Shown: positions 36,187 through 45,902, counted from the first letter of the stretch. The stretch is 64,000 nt of DNA from an uncultured Acidimicrobiaceae bacterium (GCA_964457065.1 CAYWDQ010000005.1:41-64040); one strand, 5' to 3'. Notes: generated by a model from the sequence alone, not told the origin. Numbers and translations are program-made.

Positions 36187-36411
36187 ATGGCCCACCCGAG
36201 GATCACGACCCCGCGCCACCTCCGGCGCACGAAGCTCGTCGGAGCGTTCGCGTTCAGCCTGCTCGTGGGCATCGGGTCCTACACGGTGACCTACCACGTC
36301 CTCAGTGTCCTGACCGAGCCCGTGGCGGTCGTCGGGGTGGCCACGCCGGCGGTCACGCAGTCCCACGACGGGGTGCACGCAGTGACGCCGCAGTCGCCGG
36401 CCACCCGCTGA
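36187..36411 (+). CDS. Small single-pass membrane protein, hypothetical
   Basis: MAHPRITTPRHLRRTKLVGAFAFSLLVGIGSYTVTY. The third codon position is strongly G/C-biased across the ORF. No recognisable family. Confidence 0.4.
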   Translation: MAHPRITTPRHLRRTKLVGAFAFSLLVGIGSYTVTYHVLSVLTEPVAVVGVATPAVTQSHDGVHAVTPQSPATR

Positions 36412-36429
36412 ACCGGCCTTCGAGGCGGC

Positions 36430-36849
36430 TCAGATCTCGTCGTCGGACTTGGCGTCGCGCACGATGCGCTTCACCAGCGACTGCATGAGGGCCCACGCCA
36501 CGTCCGGGTGGTCCTGCACGAACGGCCGGAATTGCCAGGCCGCCAGCGCGTAGCACTCCAGGTCGGTCTCGGCCGTCACCTCGGCCATGCGGGGGCCGTC
36601 GTCGATGAGCGCGACCTCGCCGAAGTGGTCCCCCGCCTTCAACGACCTGACCCGGTTCCCGGCCACCGTCACCGTGGCGGAGCCACTGGCGATGATGAAG
36701 AACCCGACACCGGGCTTTCCCTTCTCGATGATGACGGTGCCGGCGGGGAACGATCTCTCGTTGAGCGTCGAGGCGAGGGTCTTGATGTCCTTCTTCGACA
36801 GCTGCGCGAAGAGTGGCGCGTTCTTGATTGCTTCCTGGACGTCCATCAT
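36430..36849 (-). CDS. Stand-alone cyclic-nucleotide-binding domain protein
   Basis: PLFAQLSKKDIKTLA...FPAGTVIIEKGKPGVGFFIIASG...GDHFGEVALIDDGPRMAEVTA. Start at the ATG-ATG pair (36849). Confidence 0.8.
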   Translation of the reverse strand: MMDVQEAIKNAPLFAQLSKKDIKTLASTLNERSFPAGTVIIEKGKPGVGFFIIASGSATVTVAGNRVRSLKAGDHFGEVALIDDGPRMAEVTAETDLECYALAAWQFRPFVQDHPDVAWALMQSLVKRIVRDAKSDDEI

Positions 36850-36914
36850 GGTCGAACCGTACACGTCCCCGGCGCCGCCGACACGGGGGGACGGGCCGCC
36901 GGTGCGCGGCGCGC

Positions 36915-38336
36915 TCAGGCCCGCACGGCCTCGGGCACGGCCCCCTGCCAATGCCCGAGCGTCACGACGAAGCGCGACCCACCGTCGTAGTTGATGGGCG
37001 ACTCCGCCCGGACGCTCCCGCCCATGGCCGCGGCCAGCTCGGCCACGATGGCCAGACCCAGCCCCGATCCCATCCGGCGGTTCGGCCCGCGGTCGGCCCG
37101 GTAGAAGCGCTCGAACACCCGGGCCAGGTCGCCCTCGGCAATGCCCGGGCCGTCGTCGTCGACCGTGATCACACACGCACCCGACACGCGGTCGTCCGCC
37201 ATCCCCACGCTCACCGTGGTCCGGGCGAACGTCATGGCGTTCTCCAGCAGGTTGGCCAGGAGCTGCGCCAGCCGATCCGGGTCGGCGGCCACCGGGAGGC
37301 GGGGCGGGGCGGGGCCCGGGTCGCCTCCGCCGTCGGACGGCACATGGAGGACGATCTGGAGCCCGGACTTGGCCGCCGCCGGCAGGAAGCCTTCAGCCGT
37401 CGTCGTGACCACCTCGGCGGCGTCGGTGGGGCGCATGGAGATCGACATCTGCCGCGCCTCGAGCTTGGTCAGGTCGAGCAGGTCGCCGACGAGGCGCTCC
37501 AGGCGGCGCGCCTCGGCGATGATCACGTCGGCCGCCTGCCCGTCGTCCTCGATCGCGCCGTCCGCAATGGCCTCGGCGAAGCCGCGGATGGAAGTGAGCG
37601 GTGTGCGCAGGTCGTGCGACACCGCCAGCAGGAGATGGCGCTCCCGGGCCCGGCTGTCCTCGAGGCGCTGGGCCATGTCGTTGATGGAACCGGCGAGCGA
37701 GGTGAACTCGGGGTAGTCGCTGCGGCGGACCGGCACCCGGCTCGCCAGCTCGCCCGACGCGATGCGACCGGTCACCTCCATCGCCTCCACCAGCGGGCGA
37801 GCCATGCGTCGGCTCATCTGCCAGGCCACCAGTGCGGCGACCAGCAGCGCCGCGCCGCCGGCCACGATGAAGTAGCCCCAGCTGGGCCCGAGGTCGCCGA
37901 CGTCGCGGGTGAGGAGGACGGCGAGCGTCCCGGCGAAGTCGTGCAGGCGCACCCGCTCGGTCTCCGTCAGGTCGACCGGCGCCACGGCGAAGACCAGGTT
38001 GCCCGTCCGGCCCGACGTCGTCTGCCCCGATTGCACCGCGGCCACGTCGATGTCCCCCGCGGTCATGTCGTTCGGCAGCGGGGTGTCGATGTTGCCGAAC
38101 CGGTCGATGCGGATGATGTCGGCGTCCTCGAGCTTGAGCGTGCGCTTCACGACCGCCAGCACCTTGAGCGACCGCGTCCCGCTGTTGGCCGACGTCAGCG
38201 ACTGGGCCTCCGAGACCAGCTGCTGCTGGGCCTGGTTGCGCGCTGCGTTGCGGGTCAGGATGAGGCTCCCGGCCCCGGCGATCACGAGGACGACGGCGAC
38301 CAGGCCGACCATGATCAGCATCAGGCGGCGGCGCAT
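36915..38336 (-). CDS. Sensor histidine kinase (TM-HAMP-HisKA-HATPase)
   Basis: H-box LLAVSHDLRTPLTSIRG. N box LLENAMTFA. G boxes DDDGPGI and GSGLGLAIV. Confidence 0.9.
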   Translation of the reverse strand: MRRRLMLIMVGLVAVVLVIAGAGSLILTRNAARNQAQQQLVSEAQSLTSANSGTRSLKVLAVVKRTLKLEDADIIRIDRFGNIDTPLPNDMTAGDIDVAAVQSGQTTSGRTGNLVFAVAPVDLTETERVRLHDFAGTLAVLLTRDVGDLGPSWGYFIVAGGAALLVAALVAWQMSRRMARPLVEAMEVTGRIASGELASRVPVRRSDYPEFTSLAGSINDMAQRLEDSRARERHLLLAVSHDLRTPLTSIRGFAEAIADGAIEDDGQAADVIIAEARRLERLVGDLLDLTKLEARQMSISMRPTDAAEVVTTTAEGFLPAAAKSGLQIVLHVPSDGGGDPGPAPPRLPVAADPDRLAQLLANLLENAMTFARTTVSVGMADDRVSGACVITVDDDGPGIAEGDLARVFERFYRADRGPNRRMGSGLGLAIVAELAAAMGGSVRAESPINYDGGSRFVVTLGHWQGAVPEAVRA

Positions 38337-38339
38337 CGC

Positions 38340-39017
38340 TCAGCCGAACCGGTAGCCCACGCCCCACACCGTGGCGAGGGGGAGGTCGGAGCCGAGCTTC
38401 TTGCGCAGCTGGGCCACGTGGACGTCGACCGTGCGCTCGTCGCCGTACCAGTCGGTGCCCCAGACCCCGTCGAGGAGCTGCTGGCGTGACAGGGCGAGGC
38501 CGACGTTGTTGGCCAGGAAGGCCAGCAGCTGGAACTCGCGGGTCGTCAGGGGCACGACCACAGCGTCCCGGCGCGCCTCGCGCCGGCGCAGGTCCACCTC
38601 GAGGCCGCCCACGGTGACCACCTCCTGGGGCGCCGGCCCGTCCCGGGTCCGGCGCAGGATCGCCCGCACCCGCGCCACCAGCTCGCGGGGCGAGAAGGGC
38701 TTCACGAGGTAGTCGTCGGCGCCCAATTCGAGGCCGAGGATGCGGTCCACCTCGTCGTCGCGCGCCGTGAGGAACAGGACGGGTACGGAGCTGCGGGCGC
38801 GGATCTCGCGGCAGACGTCGAACCCGTCGTAGGCGCCGGGCAGCCCGACGTCGAGGATCACGATCCAGGGGTCCTCCTGCGCCAAGATCTCGAGCCCCTT
38901 CTCACCGTCGCCGGCCAGCAGCACCCGGAACCCCTCGCGGCGCAGATAGAGGTCCACCAGATCGGCGATGTGCGGGTCGTCCTCGACGACGACGACCGTC
39001 CCGTGGTCGGCATTCAC
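38340..39017 (-). CDS. OmpR-family response regulator
   Basis: VVVVEDDPHIADLV...VILDVGLPGAYDG receiver domain. Winged helix: TVDVHVAQLRKKL...TVWGVGYRF. Confidence 0.9.
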   Translation of the reverse strand: MNADHGTVVVVEDDPHIADLVDLYLRREGFRVLLAGDGEKGLEILAQEDPWIVILDVGLPGAYDGFDVCREIRARSSVPVLFLTARDDEVDRILGLELGADDYLVKPFSPRELVARVRAILRRTRDGPAPQEVVTVGGLEVDLRRREARRDAVVVPLTTREFQLLAFLANNVGLALSRQQLLDGVWGTDWYGDERTVDVHVAQLRKKLGSDLPLATVWGVGYRFG

Positions 39018-39047
39018 ACACCCAGCCTGGCACCTCCCGCACCCCGA

Positions 39048-39092
39048 ATTGCCGGAATGGGGCCATCCCTCACAGAACCCTCACGATTGCCG
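39048..39092. promoter_or_regulatory. Nested direct repeats in the response-regulator / secreted-protein divergent region
   Basis: CCCTCAC at 39067..39073 and 39078..39084 (11-bp period). These are flanked by ATTGCCG at 39048..39054 and 39086..39092. OmpR-family regulators typically bind direct repeats one helical turn apart. Confidence 0.3.
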
Positions 39093-39169
39093 AACATGCC
39101 CATCACCCGGTGGGGCGACGATGGCCGTTGAGGTTCCTCCCGACGGAGGGCCCGGCGAAAGGAGCATCC

Positions 39170-39892
39170 ATGTCGACCGCGCGCACGAATCTGATCCGTC
39201 TCGGCGCCATCTCCATGGCAGCCGCCGCCCTGCTGGGCGCGGCCTCGGCCGCCGGTGCGGCTCCACCGTCGTCGAGCAGCGCCGGCAACAGCGACTCCGA
39301 CGCCGTCCCCGCCAGCCTGGCCGGCATCAAGGCCAAGGCCACCACCGACATCACCGACCGCGTCAACGATCTCAACGCGGCGATCGCCAGGGTCAACGCG
39401 GCCAATGCGCTCGGCTCGGGACAGGCGGCCCTCGTGGCCTATCTCGGCACCGACGTCACGCCGCTGCAGCAGCTGGACCAGAAGATCGGAGGCGATGCCA
39501 CGGTGCAGCAGGCGGCCCGGGACTTCTCCACCATCTTCAGCGACTACCGCGTCTACGTGCTCGTCCTCCCGGCCTCCCGCATCGCGGCCGACGCCGACCG
39601 TGTCACCAGCACCGCCATCCCGACGCTGACCGCCGACGCGTCAAAGGCCCGAGGGCAGGAGAACCCGCAGAACCAGGCGCAGCTCCAGCCGCTCATCGAG
39701 GACCTGAACGCGCAGATCGGCGCAGCCTCCAATGCCACCAACGGCCTGGCGGCCACCGTGCTCGCCTTCACCCCGGCGCAGTGGAACGCGAACCACGACG
39801 TCCTCTCGGCGGCCAAGTCGTCGGCCCGGGTGGCCGACGCCGCCGTGACGAAGGGCCGCTGGGACGTGCAGCAGATCCGCCAGGTCCGCTAG
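39170..39892 (+). CDS. Secreted Ala/Gln-rich helical protein, unknown function
   Basis: Sec signal MSTARTNLIRLGAISMAAAALLGAASAAGA. ATG 39170 follows GAAAGGAG. No recognisable family. Confidence 0.6.
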   Translation: MSTARTNLIRLGAISMAAAALLGAASAAGAAPPSSSSAGNSDSDAVPASLAGIKAKATTDITDRVNDLNAAIARVNAANALGSGQAALVAYLGTDVTPLQQLDQKIGGDATVQQAARDFSTIFSDYRVYVLVLPASRIAADADRVTSTAIPTLTADASKARGQENPQNQAQLQPLIEDLNAQIGAASNATNGLAATVLAFTPAQWNANHDVLSAAKSSARVADAAVTKGRWDVQQIRQVR

Positions 39893-41334
39893 CTCAGCAG
39901 CGACGCCGTGTTGAGGTTCAGGCCGTCCGGCGCCTTGGAGCGGTGCACCACCTGGAACTCGGAGAACTCGGCCAGGCCCCACGGCCCGTTCTCGACGCCG
40001 ATGCCGCTCCATTTGAAGCCGCCGAAGGGCTGCTCGGGAGAGAGGGCCAGGTGCGTGTTGACCCACGCCGTCCCACACTCGAGCTGGGCGGCCACGGCGG
40101 CGGCCCTCTCGGTGTCGGCGCCCCAGACCGAGCCGGAGAGGCCGAAGTGCGTGGCGTTGGCCCGGTCGATGGCGTCGCCCAGGTCTCGATACGGCACCAC
40201 CGGCAGCGCCGGGCCGAACTGCTCCTCGTCGACGATCCTCGTGCCGTCGGAGAGCCCGGTCAGGATGGTCGGCTCGAAGAAGTAGCCGGGGCGGTCCATC
40301 GCCTTCCCACCGGTCACCGCGGTCGCCCCGTGGGACAGCGCGTCGGCCACCAGCTCCTTGACCCGCTCGTACTGGGGCGCGTTGTTGATCGGGCCCAGCT
40401 TCACGCCCTCCTCGGTGCCCTCCCCGACCTTGATCGACCGCGCCTGCGCCGCCAGGCCCTCGACGACGTCGTCGTAGAGCGCCTCGGGGACGTACACGCG
40501 CTTGACGGCCGAGCACACCTGGCCGTTGTTCATGAACGCCCCGGCGAAGATCGCCGACGCGACCACAGCCGGGTCGGCGTCGTCGAGCACGATGGCCGGG
40601 TCGTTGCCTCCGAGCTCGAGCGTCACCCGCTTGAGGTCGGGCGCAGCGGACTGGGCCACCTTCTTCCCCGTCTCGACCGAGCCGGTGAAGCTGACCTTGC
40701 GCGGCACCGGGTGCGACGTCATCCATGCGCCGAGCTCGTCGCTGCCGCTCACGATGTTCACCACGCCGGGCGGGAAGACGTCGCGCAGCAGCTCGCCGAC
40801 TTTGAGCGTGGCCAGCGGCGTGTACGGCGACGGCTTGAGGACGAGCGTGTTCCCGGCGAGCAACGCAGGGGCGATCTTCCAGAAGCTGAGCAGCAACGGG
40901 TAGTTCCACGGGGTGATGGCCGCCACGACGCCGAGTGGCCGCCGCGCCAGCTCGACGTACGCGGTGTCGTCGTCCTGAATCACCTGCGTCGGCATGTCGA
41001 GGTTGGCGAAGTACTGGGTCCAGATCGCCGACGCGAAGACCTCGATGCCCGCGTCGCTCAGCGGCTTGCCCTGCTCGGCCGTGAGGACCGGCGCCAGCTC
41101 GGCCGTCGAGGCCATGAGCACCTCGGCCGCCTGCAACAGGACGGCCCGCCGGGCCGCCTCGTCGGCCTTCCAGTCGCGCCCCGCCTTGGCGGCGGCGTCG
41201 AAGGCCGCATCGAGCTGCTGGCGGCTGCACTCCGGGGCCTGGGCGAAGACCTCGCCGGTGGCCGGGTTGCGGACGCCGAAGGTCCCCTCGGTCGGAGCGG
41301 CTTCCCCTGCGATGGTCATGACGAAATCGGACAT
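39889..41334 (-). CDS. NAD(P)-dependent aldehyde dehydrogenase
   Basis: VTLELGGNDP and FMNNGQVCSAVKR catalytic motifs. Confidence 0.9.
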   Translation of the reverse strand: MSDFVMTIAGEAAPTEGTFGVRNPATGEVFAQAPECSRQQLDAAFDAAAKAGRDWKADEAARRAVLLQAAEVLMASTAELAPVLTAEQGKPLSDAGIEVFASAIWTQYFANLDMPTQVIQDDDTAYVELARRPLGVVAAITPWNYPLLLSFWKIAPALLAGNTLVLKPSPYTPLATLKVGELLRDVFPPGVVNIVSGSDELGAWMTSHPVPRKVSFTGSVETGKKVAQSAAPDLKRVTLELGGNDPAIVLDDADPAVVASAIFAGAFMNNGQVCSAVKRVYVPEALYDDVVEGLAAQARSIKVGEGTEEGVKLGPINNAPQYERVKELVADALSHGATAVTGGKAMDRPGYFFEPTILTGLSDGTRIVDEEQFGPALPVVPYRDLGDAIDRANATHFGLSGSVWGADTERAAAVAAQLECGTAWVNTHLALSPEQPFGGFKWSGIGVENGPWGLAEFSEFQVVHRSKAPDGLNLNTASLLS

Positions 41335-41454
41335 GGTGCTCCTCGACTCTGTGCTGGGAGGGCTCCCCCCGTCCCGGGCCGTACTTCGGTCCCTCAGATC
41401 CTCCCACCTGGGTGGGCAGGGCTCAATCGCAACGGTGGGGACCTTGACGGAGCC

Positions 41455-42087
41455 TCAACCGAAGAGCCTCGTGAGGAACTCGTCCACGGTGGCCACGACC
41501 CGGCGGCGCAGCGCCTGGTCCGCGGGTGCGGCGGCGACGAGCCCGGCCGCCTCGTTGAGGAACCCGAGCAGCAGGGCGGCGGCCACCTCCGGATCCCCGG
41601 GCACAGTGATCCCCTCCTCGCCCGCTCGGGCGAAGACCTCGGCCAGCAGCGGTGCGCAGGCGACCGCGTCGAGCTCCCGGCAGGCCTCCCACCCGAGGAC
41701 CGCCGGTGCGTCGGCCAGGATCCGGGCCATGGTGGGGTCCGCGCAGGCATCCATGTAGGCGCGGCAGCCCCGGTGCAGCTGGTCGCGCACGCCGGTGCCC
41801 CTCAGCGCGGCGGCCACCACCCGATCCACGAGCTCGTCCTCGAGCTCCCCGACCACGGCGGCCGCCAGCTCCGTCTTCGAGGCGAAGTGGTGGTACAGCG
41901 CGCCCCTGGTCACCCCGGCCCGCTCGGCGATCTCCTCCCGGCCGCTGTCCGCGAAGCCCTTCTCGGCGAAGAGCGTCCGGGCCGCCTGCAGGAGGGCCGC
42001 CCGCGTGCGGGCCGACCGGACGGCCTGGGTCTCCCTCGGCTTGCGCGTCGACGCGGTCGTGGCCACCGCCTCACCTCCTCCGGACAT
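41455..42087 (-). CDS. TetR/AcrR-family transcriptional regulator
   Basis: TRAALLQAARTLFAEKGFADSGREEIAERAGVTRGALYHHFASKTEL. Confidence 0.9.
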   Translation of the reverse strand: MSGGGEAVATTASTRKPRETQAVRSARTRAALLQAARTLFAEKGFADSGREEIAERAGVTRGALYHHFASKTELAAAVVGELEDELVDRVVAAALRGTGVRDQLHRGCRAYMDACADPTMARILADAPAVLGWEACRELDAVACAPLLAEVFARAGEEGITVPGDPEVAAALLLGFLNEAAGLVAAAPADQALRRRVVATVDEFLTRLFG

Positions 42088-42089
42088 TT

Positions 42090-42110
42090 ACATGCGGGCA
42101 GCACGCATGT
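42090..42110. promoter_or_regulatory. Candidate TetR operator: perfect inverted repeat ACATGCG-N7-CGCATGT
   Basis: Read directly at 42090..42096 and 42104..42110. It sits in the 52-bp divergent region between the tetR start (42087) and the amine oxidase ATG (42140). Confidence 0.4.
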
Positions 42111-42139
42111 TAGCTTCGCCCGGACCGAGGAGGTGCGCG

Positions 42140-43546
42140 ATGGGCACGGGAACGGGCATGGGCACGGGCGGCCCGGGGGTGTCGGCACGGGGGCGGCGGG
42201 AGGCCGACGTGTGCGTCGTCGGGGCGGGGCTGGCCGGGCTCACGGCGGCGCGGCGGCTCTCGCAGGCGGGCCGGTCGGTGATGGTCCTCGAGGCGCGTGA
42301 CCGGGTCGGGGGCCGCGTGTGGACCCGCACCACCCGCAGCGGCGTGCCGGTCGACATGGGCGCCTGCTTCGTCGGACCGCATCACGACCGCATGCACGCG
42401 TTGACCAAGGAGATGGGCGTGGCCACGTTCCCGACCTTCGTCGCGGGTGACAACGTGCTGGCGACGGGCGGCAAGGTCCGGCGCTACCGGGGCGACATCC
42501 CGCGGGTCAGCCCGCTGGCGCTCCTCAGCGCGGCCCAGGCCATCGCCCGCATGAACGCGATGGCCCGGAAGGTGCCGCTCGACGCGCCCTGGGACGCACC
42601 GAAGGCGGCCGAGTGGGACTCGCTCTCGGTGCGGGCATGGCTCAGCGCCTCCCGGGTGCCGACGCGGTTGGCCCGGGACCTGGTGGAGGCGACGGTGCGG
42701 GCCTGCTTCGCCGCCGAGCTCTCCGAGGTCTCGCTGCTCAACTGGCTCTTCCTCGCCCGCTCCGCGGGTGGGATCGAGTCGCTGATGAACATCGCGGGCG
42801 GCTACCAGGACGCGCAATTCGACGGCGGCGTGGGGCAGGTCCCCGACGCCATGGCGGCCGAGCTGGGCGATGCCGTCGTGCTGGGCACACCGGTGCACGC
42901 GGTCACCCAGCGCGCCGACCGGGTCGAGGTGGCCGGCGCGGGCGTCACCGTGACGGCGCGGCACTGCGTCCTGGCCCTGCCCCGTGCCCTGGCGGCCGGC
43001 ATCCGCTTCGAGCCCGTCCTGCCGGCCGATCACGCCCTCCTCATCCACCAGGTGCCGGCCGGCACCGAGGTCAAGATGGTGGCGGTCTACGACGAGCCCT
43101 TCTGGCGCGACGACGGCGTGTCCGGAGCGACCGTGGCCACCGACGACGACATAGAGGTCACGCTCGACACCTGCCAACCGGCGCACCCCCAGGGGGTCAT
43201 CGCCGGCTACTGCGCCGGTCCCCGTGCCCGCGCCCTGGCGGAGCTGGGCGAGGCAGACCGCCGCGCCGTCTTCGTGCGCATGCTCACGACCCGCCTCGGG
43301 CCCGGGGCCGCCACACCGGTCGAGGTGCTCGAGCAGAACTGGGCCGAGGAGCAGTGGACGCGCGGCTGCTCCATGGGCCACTTCGCGACCGGCACGCTGA
43401 CCCAGTACGGGCGGCGCCTGCGCGAACCGGTCGGGCGGCTCCACTGGGCCGGCACCGAGACCGCCACGACGTCGTACGGGGCGATGGACGGCGCAGTGCG
43501 CTCGGGCGAGCGCGCCTGCGAGGAGATCGTGCGGGCGGCGGCCTGA
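42140..43546 (+). CDS. Flavin-containing amine oxidase
   Basis: DVCVVGAGLAGLTAARRLSQAGRSVMVLEARDRVGGR. ATG 42140 follows GGAGGTG. Confidence 0.85.
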   Translation: MGTGTGMGTGGPGVSARGRREADVCVVGAGLAGLTAARRLSQAGRSVMVLEARDRVGGRVWTRTTRSGVPVDMGACFVGPHHDRMHALTKEMGVATFPTFVAGDNVLATGGKVRRYRGDIPRVSPLALLSAAQAIARMNAMARKVPLDAPWDAPKAAEWDSLSVRAWLSASRVPTRLARDLVEATVRACFAAELSEVSLLNWLFLARSAGGIESLMNIAGGYQDAQFDGGVGQVPDAMAAELGDAVVLGTPVHAVTQRADRVEVAGAGVTVTARHCVLALPRALAAGIRFEPVLPADHALLIHQVPAGTEVKMVAVYDEPFWRDDGVSGATVATDDDIEVTLDTCQPAHPQGVIAGYCAGPRARALAELGEADRRAVFVRMLTTRLGPGAATPVEVLEQNWAEEQWTRGCSMGHFATGTLTQYGRRLREPVGRLHWAGTETATTSYGAMDGAVRSGERACEEIVRAAA

Positions 43547-43553
43547 AGAGGGT

Positions 43554-44405
43554 CTACGCGCCCATGCCCTCGGGTCGGGGGCCCGGGCCCGCGCCCACGC
43601 CGAGCCGCTCCCGGAAGAAGGTGAGCGTCTGGTCGAGCGCCGCCCGGGTCGGTGAGCCCTCCTCGTCCACCAGGTGCTCGGTCAGCACCGAGTGCGCGCT
43701 CTTCGGGTGTCCGTAGGGGTTGCCCGGCGCCGAGTCGATCTCCACGGCGATGAAGGCGTCCCCCAGCTCGCGGCGCAGCGTCTCGAAGCGCTCCTCGAAG
43801 CAGAAGGGGTCCTTCGTGAAGCGCAGGCCGAGCACGCAGGAGCCCGCTGCCGTCCGCTCCTTGACCCGGGCCAGATCGGCATCGGAGATCCCGACGTCGG
43901 CCTTGAGCTTGCGCGAGAGCGGGAACGGCTGCGACGGCTGGCTCAGCACCGGGGCCAGCACGACGTCGTCGACCATCATCGCCAACGCGAAGCCACCGGT
44001 GAAGCACATGCCCACGACGCCCACGCCCGGGCCGCCGCAGCGCCCGTGCTCGGCGGCGGCGAGTTTGCGCAGCCAGACGGTCACGGGGCTCGTCCGCTTG
44101 AGCGCGAAGGCGGAGAACTCGCGCGAGATGCACGCCGGCCCCATGGACGCCAGGGCGTAGCCCACCGACGGGGGACGGCCCGGCTGGCCGAAGAGGCTCG
44201 GCAACACCGCGGTGCACCCCGCCGCAGCCACCCGCCGGCCGAAGTCGGCCACGTGCGGGGTGATGCCCGGCATTTCGCTGATGACGACCACCGCCGGGCC
44301 CGAGCCGATCCGGTACACGTCGCGCCGCTTGCCGTCGGCTTCGAAGGATTCCTTCGTGTACCCCTCGAGCGCGGCCTCCCACCTGCCCACATCGCCGGTC
44401 GCCAT
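43554..44405 (-). CDS. Dienelactone hydrolase family protein
   Basis: Nucleophile motif GVVGMCFTGGFAL. Start at ATG 44405 (MATGDVG); the rest of the 785-aa track ORF is antisense read-through. Confidence 0.75.
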   Translation of the reverse strand: MATGDVGRWEAALEGYTKESFEADGKRRDVYRIGSGPAVVVISEMPGITPHVADFGRRVAAAGCTAVLPSLFGQPGRPPSVGYALASMGPACISREFSAFALKRTSPVTVWLRKLAAAEHGRCGGPGVGVVGMCFTGGFALAMMVDDVVLAPVLSQPSQPFPLSRKLKADVGISDADLARVKERTAAGSCVLGLRFTKDPFCFEERFETLRRELGDAFIAVEIDSAPGNPYGHPKSAHSVLTEHLVDEEGSPTRAALDQTLTFFRERLGVGAGPGPRPEGMGA

Positions 44406-44429
44406 GGCCGGACCGTAGCATCGACCGCC

Positions 44430-45902
44430 GTGGCCGGACCCAGGAGCACCCTCGACCCGCGCCTGCCCGTCCTGGTCGGCCTGGGGACCGCCAGCGCCGG
44501 TGCGCCGGTGGTCGACCTCATGACGCAAGCCGTGCAGGCCGCGGCGGCGGACGCCGGTGCACCGGGACTGCTCGGCGCGGTCGACTGCCTCGCCGTGCCC
44601 CGGGGCACGTGGTCCCTGACGGACCCGGCGCGCGCCGTGGCCCGACGCATCGGGTCGCCCCGGGCCCGCACGCTCCGCTTCGAGGTCGGGGTCTCGCAGC
44701 AGGAGATGCTCAACCACGCGCTCGCGTCCGTGGCGGCGGGCGTCCATGAGGTGGTCGTCGTCGTCGGTGGGGAGGCGCGGCGCTTCCTCCGCGGCGGCGG
44801 CAGCGAGACCGACCCCGAGCACGAGCCTCCCGACGGCGTCGTCGTTCGTCCTGCTGACTTCGTGGCTGCCATTGAGGTGGCGGCGGGCATCGTCCTGCCC
44901 CCCGTGCAGCAGTACGCGCTCATTGAGAACGCGCTGGCCGCCGCGCGCGGGCTCACGCCGGACGAGCAGCGAGACGAGATCGCCGCACTCTGGGCGCGCT
45001 GCAACGCGGTGGCGGGCCACAACCCCGACGCCGCCTTCGGCGCGCCGCGCACCGCGGAGGAGATCGCCACCCCCGGTCCGCGCAACCGCCCCCTGGCGCA
45101 CCCCTACAACGTGTGGCACGCCAGCCAGTGGACGGTGGACCAGTCGTCGGCGCTCGTGATCTGCTCGGCGGCGCGTGCCGCGGAGGCCGGGGTGCCCCCG
45201 GACCGGTGGCTGTTCCCGCACGTGGGCCTCCACTGCTCGAAGGCGGTCACGCTGACCGCCCGGCGCACACTCTGGGCGTGGCCCGCCATGGCCGTGCTGG
45301 GCCGGGCCGCCGAGCAGCACGTGGGCCGCCCGTTGCGCGAGCTCCGGCTCGCCGAGGTGTACTCGTGCTTCCCGGCGGCGGTGCGGGTGCAGCAGCGCGA
45401 GCTCGGGCTCGACCCCGCCGGCACCCCCACCCTCACCGGCGGCATGACCTTCGCCGGCGGCCCGTTCAACCATTTCGTGCTGCAGTCGCTCGTCGCGCTC
45501 GGTCGGCGGCTGCGCGACGAGCCGGCCGAGCTGGGCCTGATCACCGCGGTCTCGGGCATGCTCTCCAAGCCCGGCCTGGCGCTCTGGTCGGCCTCGCCAC
45601 CGCCCTCGGGCCGCCTGCCGCTCGTGGCCGACCTGGCCGACGAGGCGATCGCCGCCACGGGGGTCGTCCCGGTCGTCGAGGTCCCTCCCGGCGCACGCAC
45701 CCCGGCCACCGTCGTCTCCTCCACCGTGACCTACGGCGGTGAGGGTGGCCTCGAGCCGGTGCGCACGGCCATCGTGGCCGACCTGCCCGATGGGGTCCGC
45801 ACCGCCGCTACCTGCGAAGATGCACAGACCGCCCGCCTCGCCGTGGCCGAGGGCCTGACCGGCCGGGTGGTCGAGGTGAAGGACACGACATTCAGCCTGT
45901 GA
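44430..45902 (+). CDS. Thiolase-like (SCP-x/Ltp-type) protein lacking the N-terminal catalytic Cys, with OB-fold-like C-terminal extension
   Basis: PVLVGLGTAS..., LAEVYSCFPAA (compare ELYDCF of Ltp-type thiolases) and GGMTFAGGPFN. The expected Cys position reads GVSQQEM. The C-terminal ~100 aa (ATVVSSTVTYG...VRTAIVADLPDGVR...GRVVEV) resembles a DUF35-type OB fold. GTG 44430 is provisional. Confidence 0.6.
   Translation: MAGPRSTLDPRLPVLVGLGTASAGAPVVDLMTQAVQAAAADAGAPGLLGAVDCLAVPRGTWSLTDPARAVARRIGSPRARTLRFEVGVSQQEMLNHALASVAAGVHEVVVVVGGEARRFLRGGGSETDPEHEPPDGVVVRPADFVAAIEVAAGIVLPPVQQYALIENALAAARGLTPDEQRDEIAALWARCNAVAGHNPDAAFGAPRTAEEIATPGPRNRPLAHPYNVWHASQWTVDQSSALVICSAARAAEAGVPPDRWLFPHVGLHCSKAVTLTARRTLWAWPAMAVLGRAAEQHVGRPLRELRLAEVYSCFPAAVRVQQRELGLDPAGTPTLTGGMTFAGGPFNHFVLQSLVALGRRLRDEPAELGLITAVSGMLSKPGLALWSASPPPSGRLPLVADLADEAIAATGVVPVVEVPPGARTPATVVSSTVTYGGEGGLEPVRTAIVADLPDGVRTAATCEDAQTARLAVAEGLTGRVVEVKDTTFSL

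Noticed and set aside
39889-39892. Convergent genes sharing a palindromic CTAG as stop codon on both strands
   Set aside because: It is real in the sequence, but it is a trivial consequence of tight packing. No functional implication can be supported.
38968-42300. 1110-aa plus-strand ORF, the longest in the track
   Set aside because: It runs antisense or out of frame across five well-supported genes (response regulator, secreted protein, ALDH, TetR, amine oxidase). It is Arg/Gly/Pro/Ala-rich and has no recognisable domain. This is a typical stop-codon-poor artefact of very high GC.
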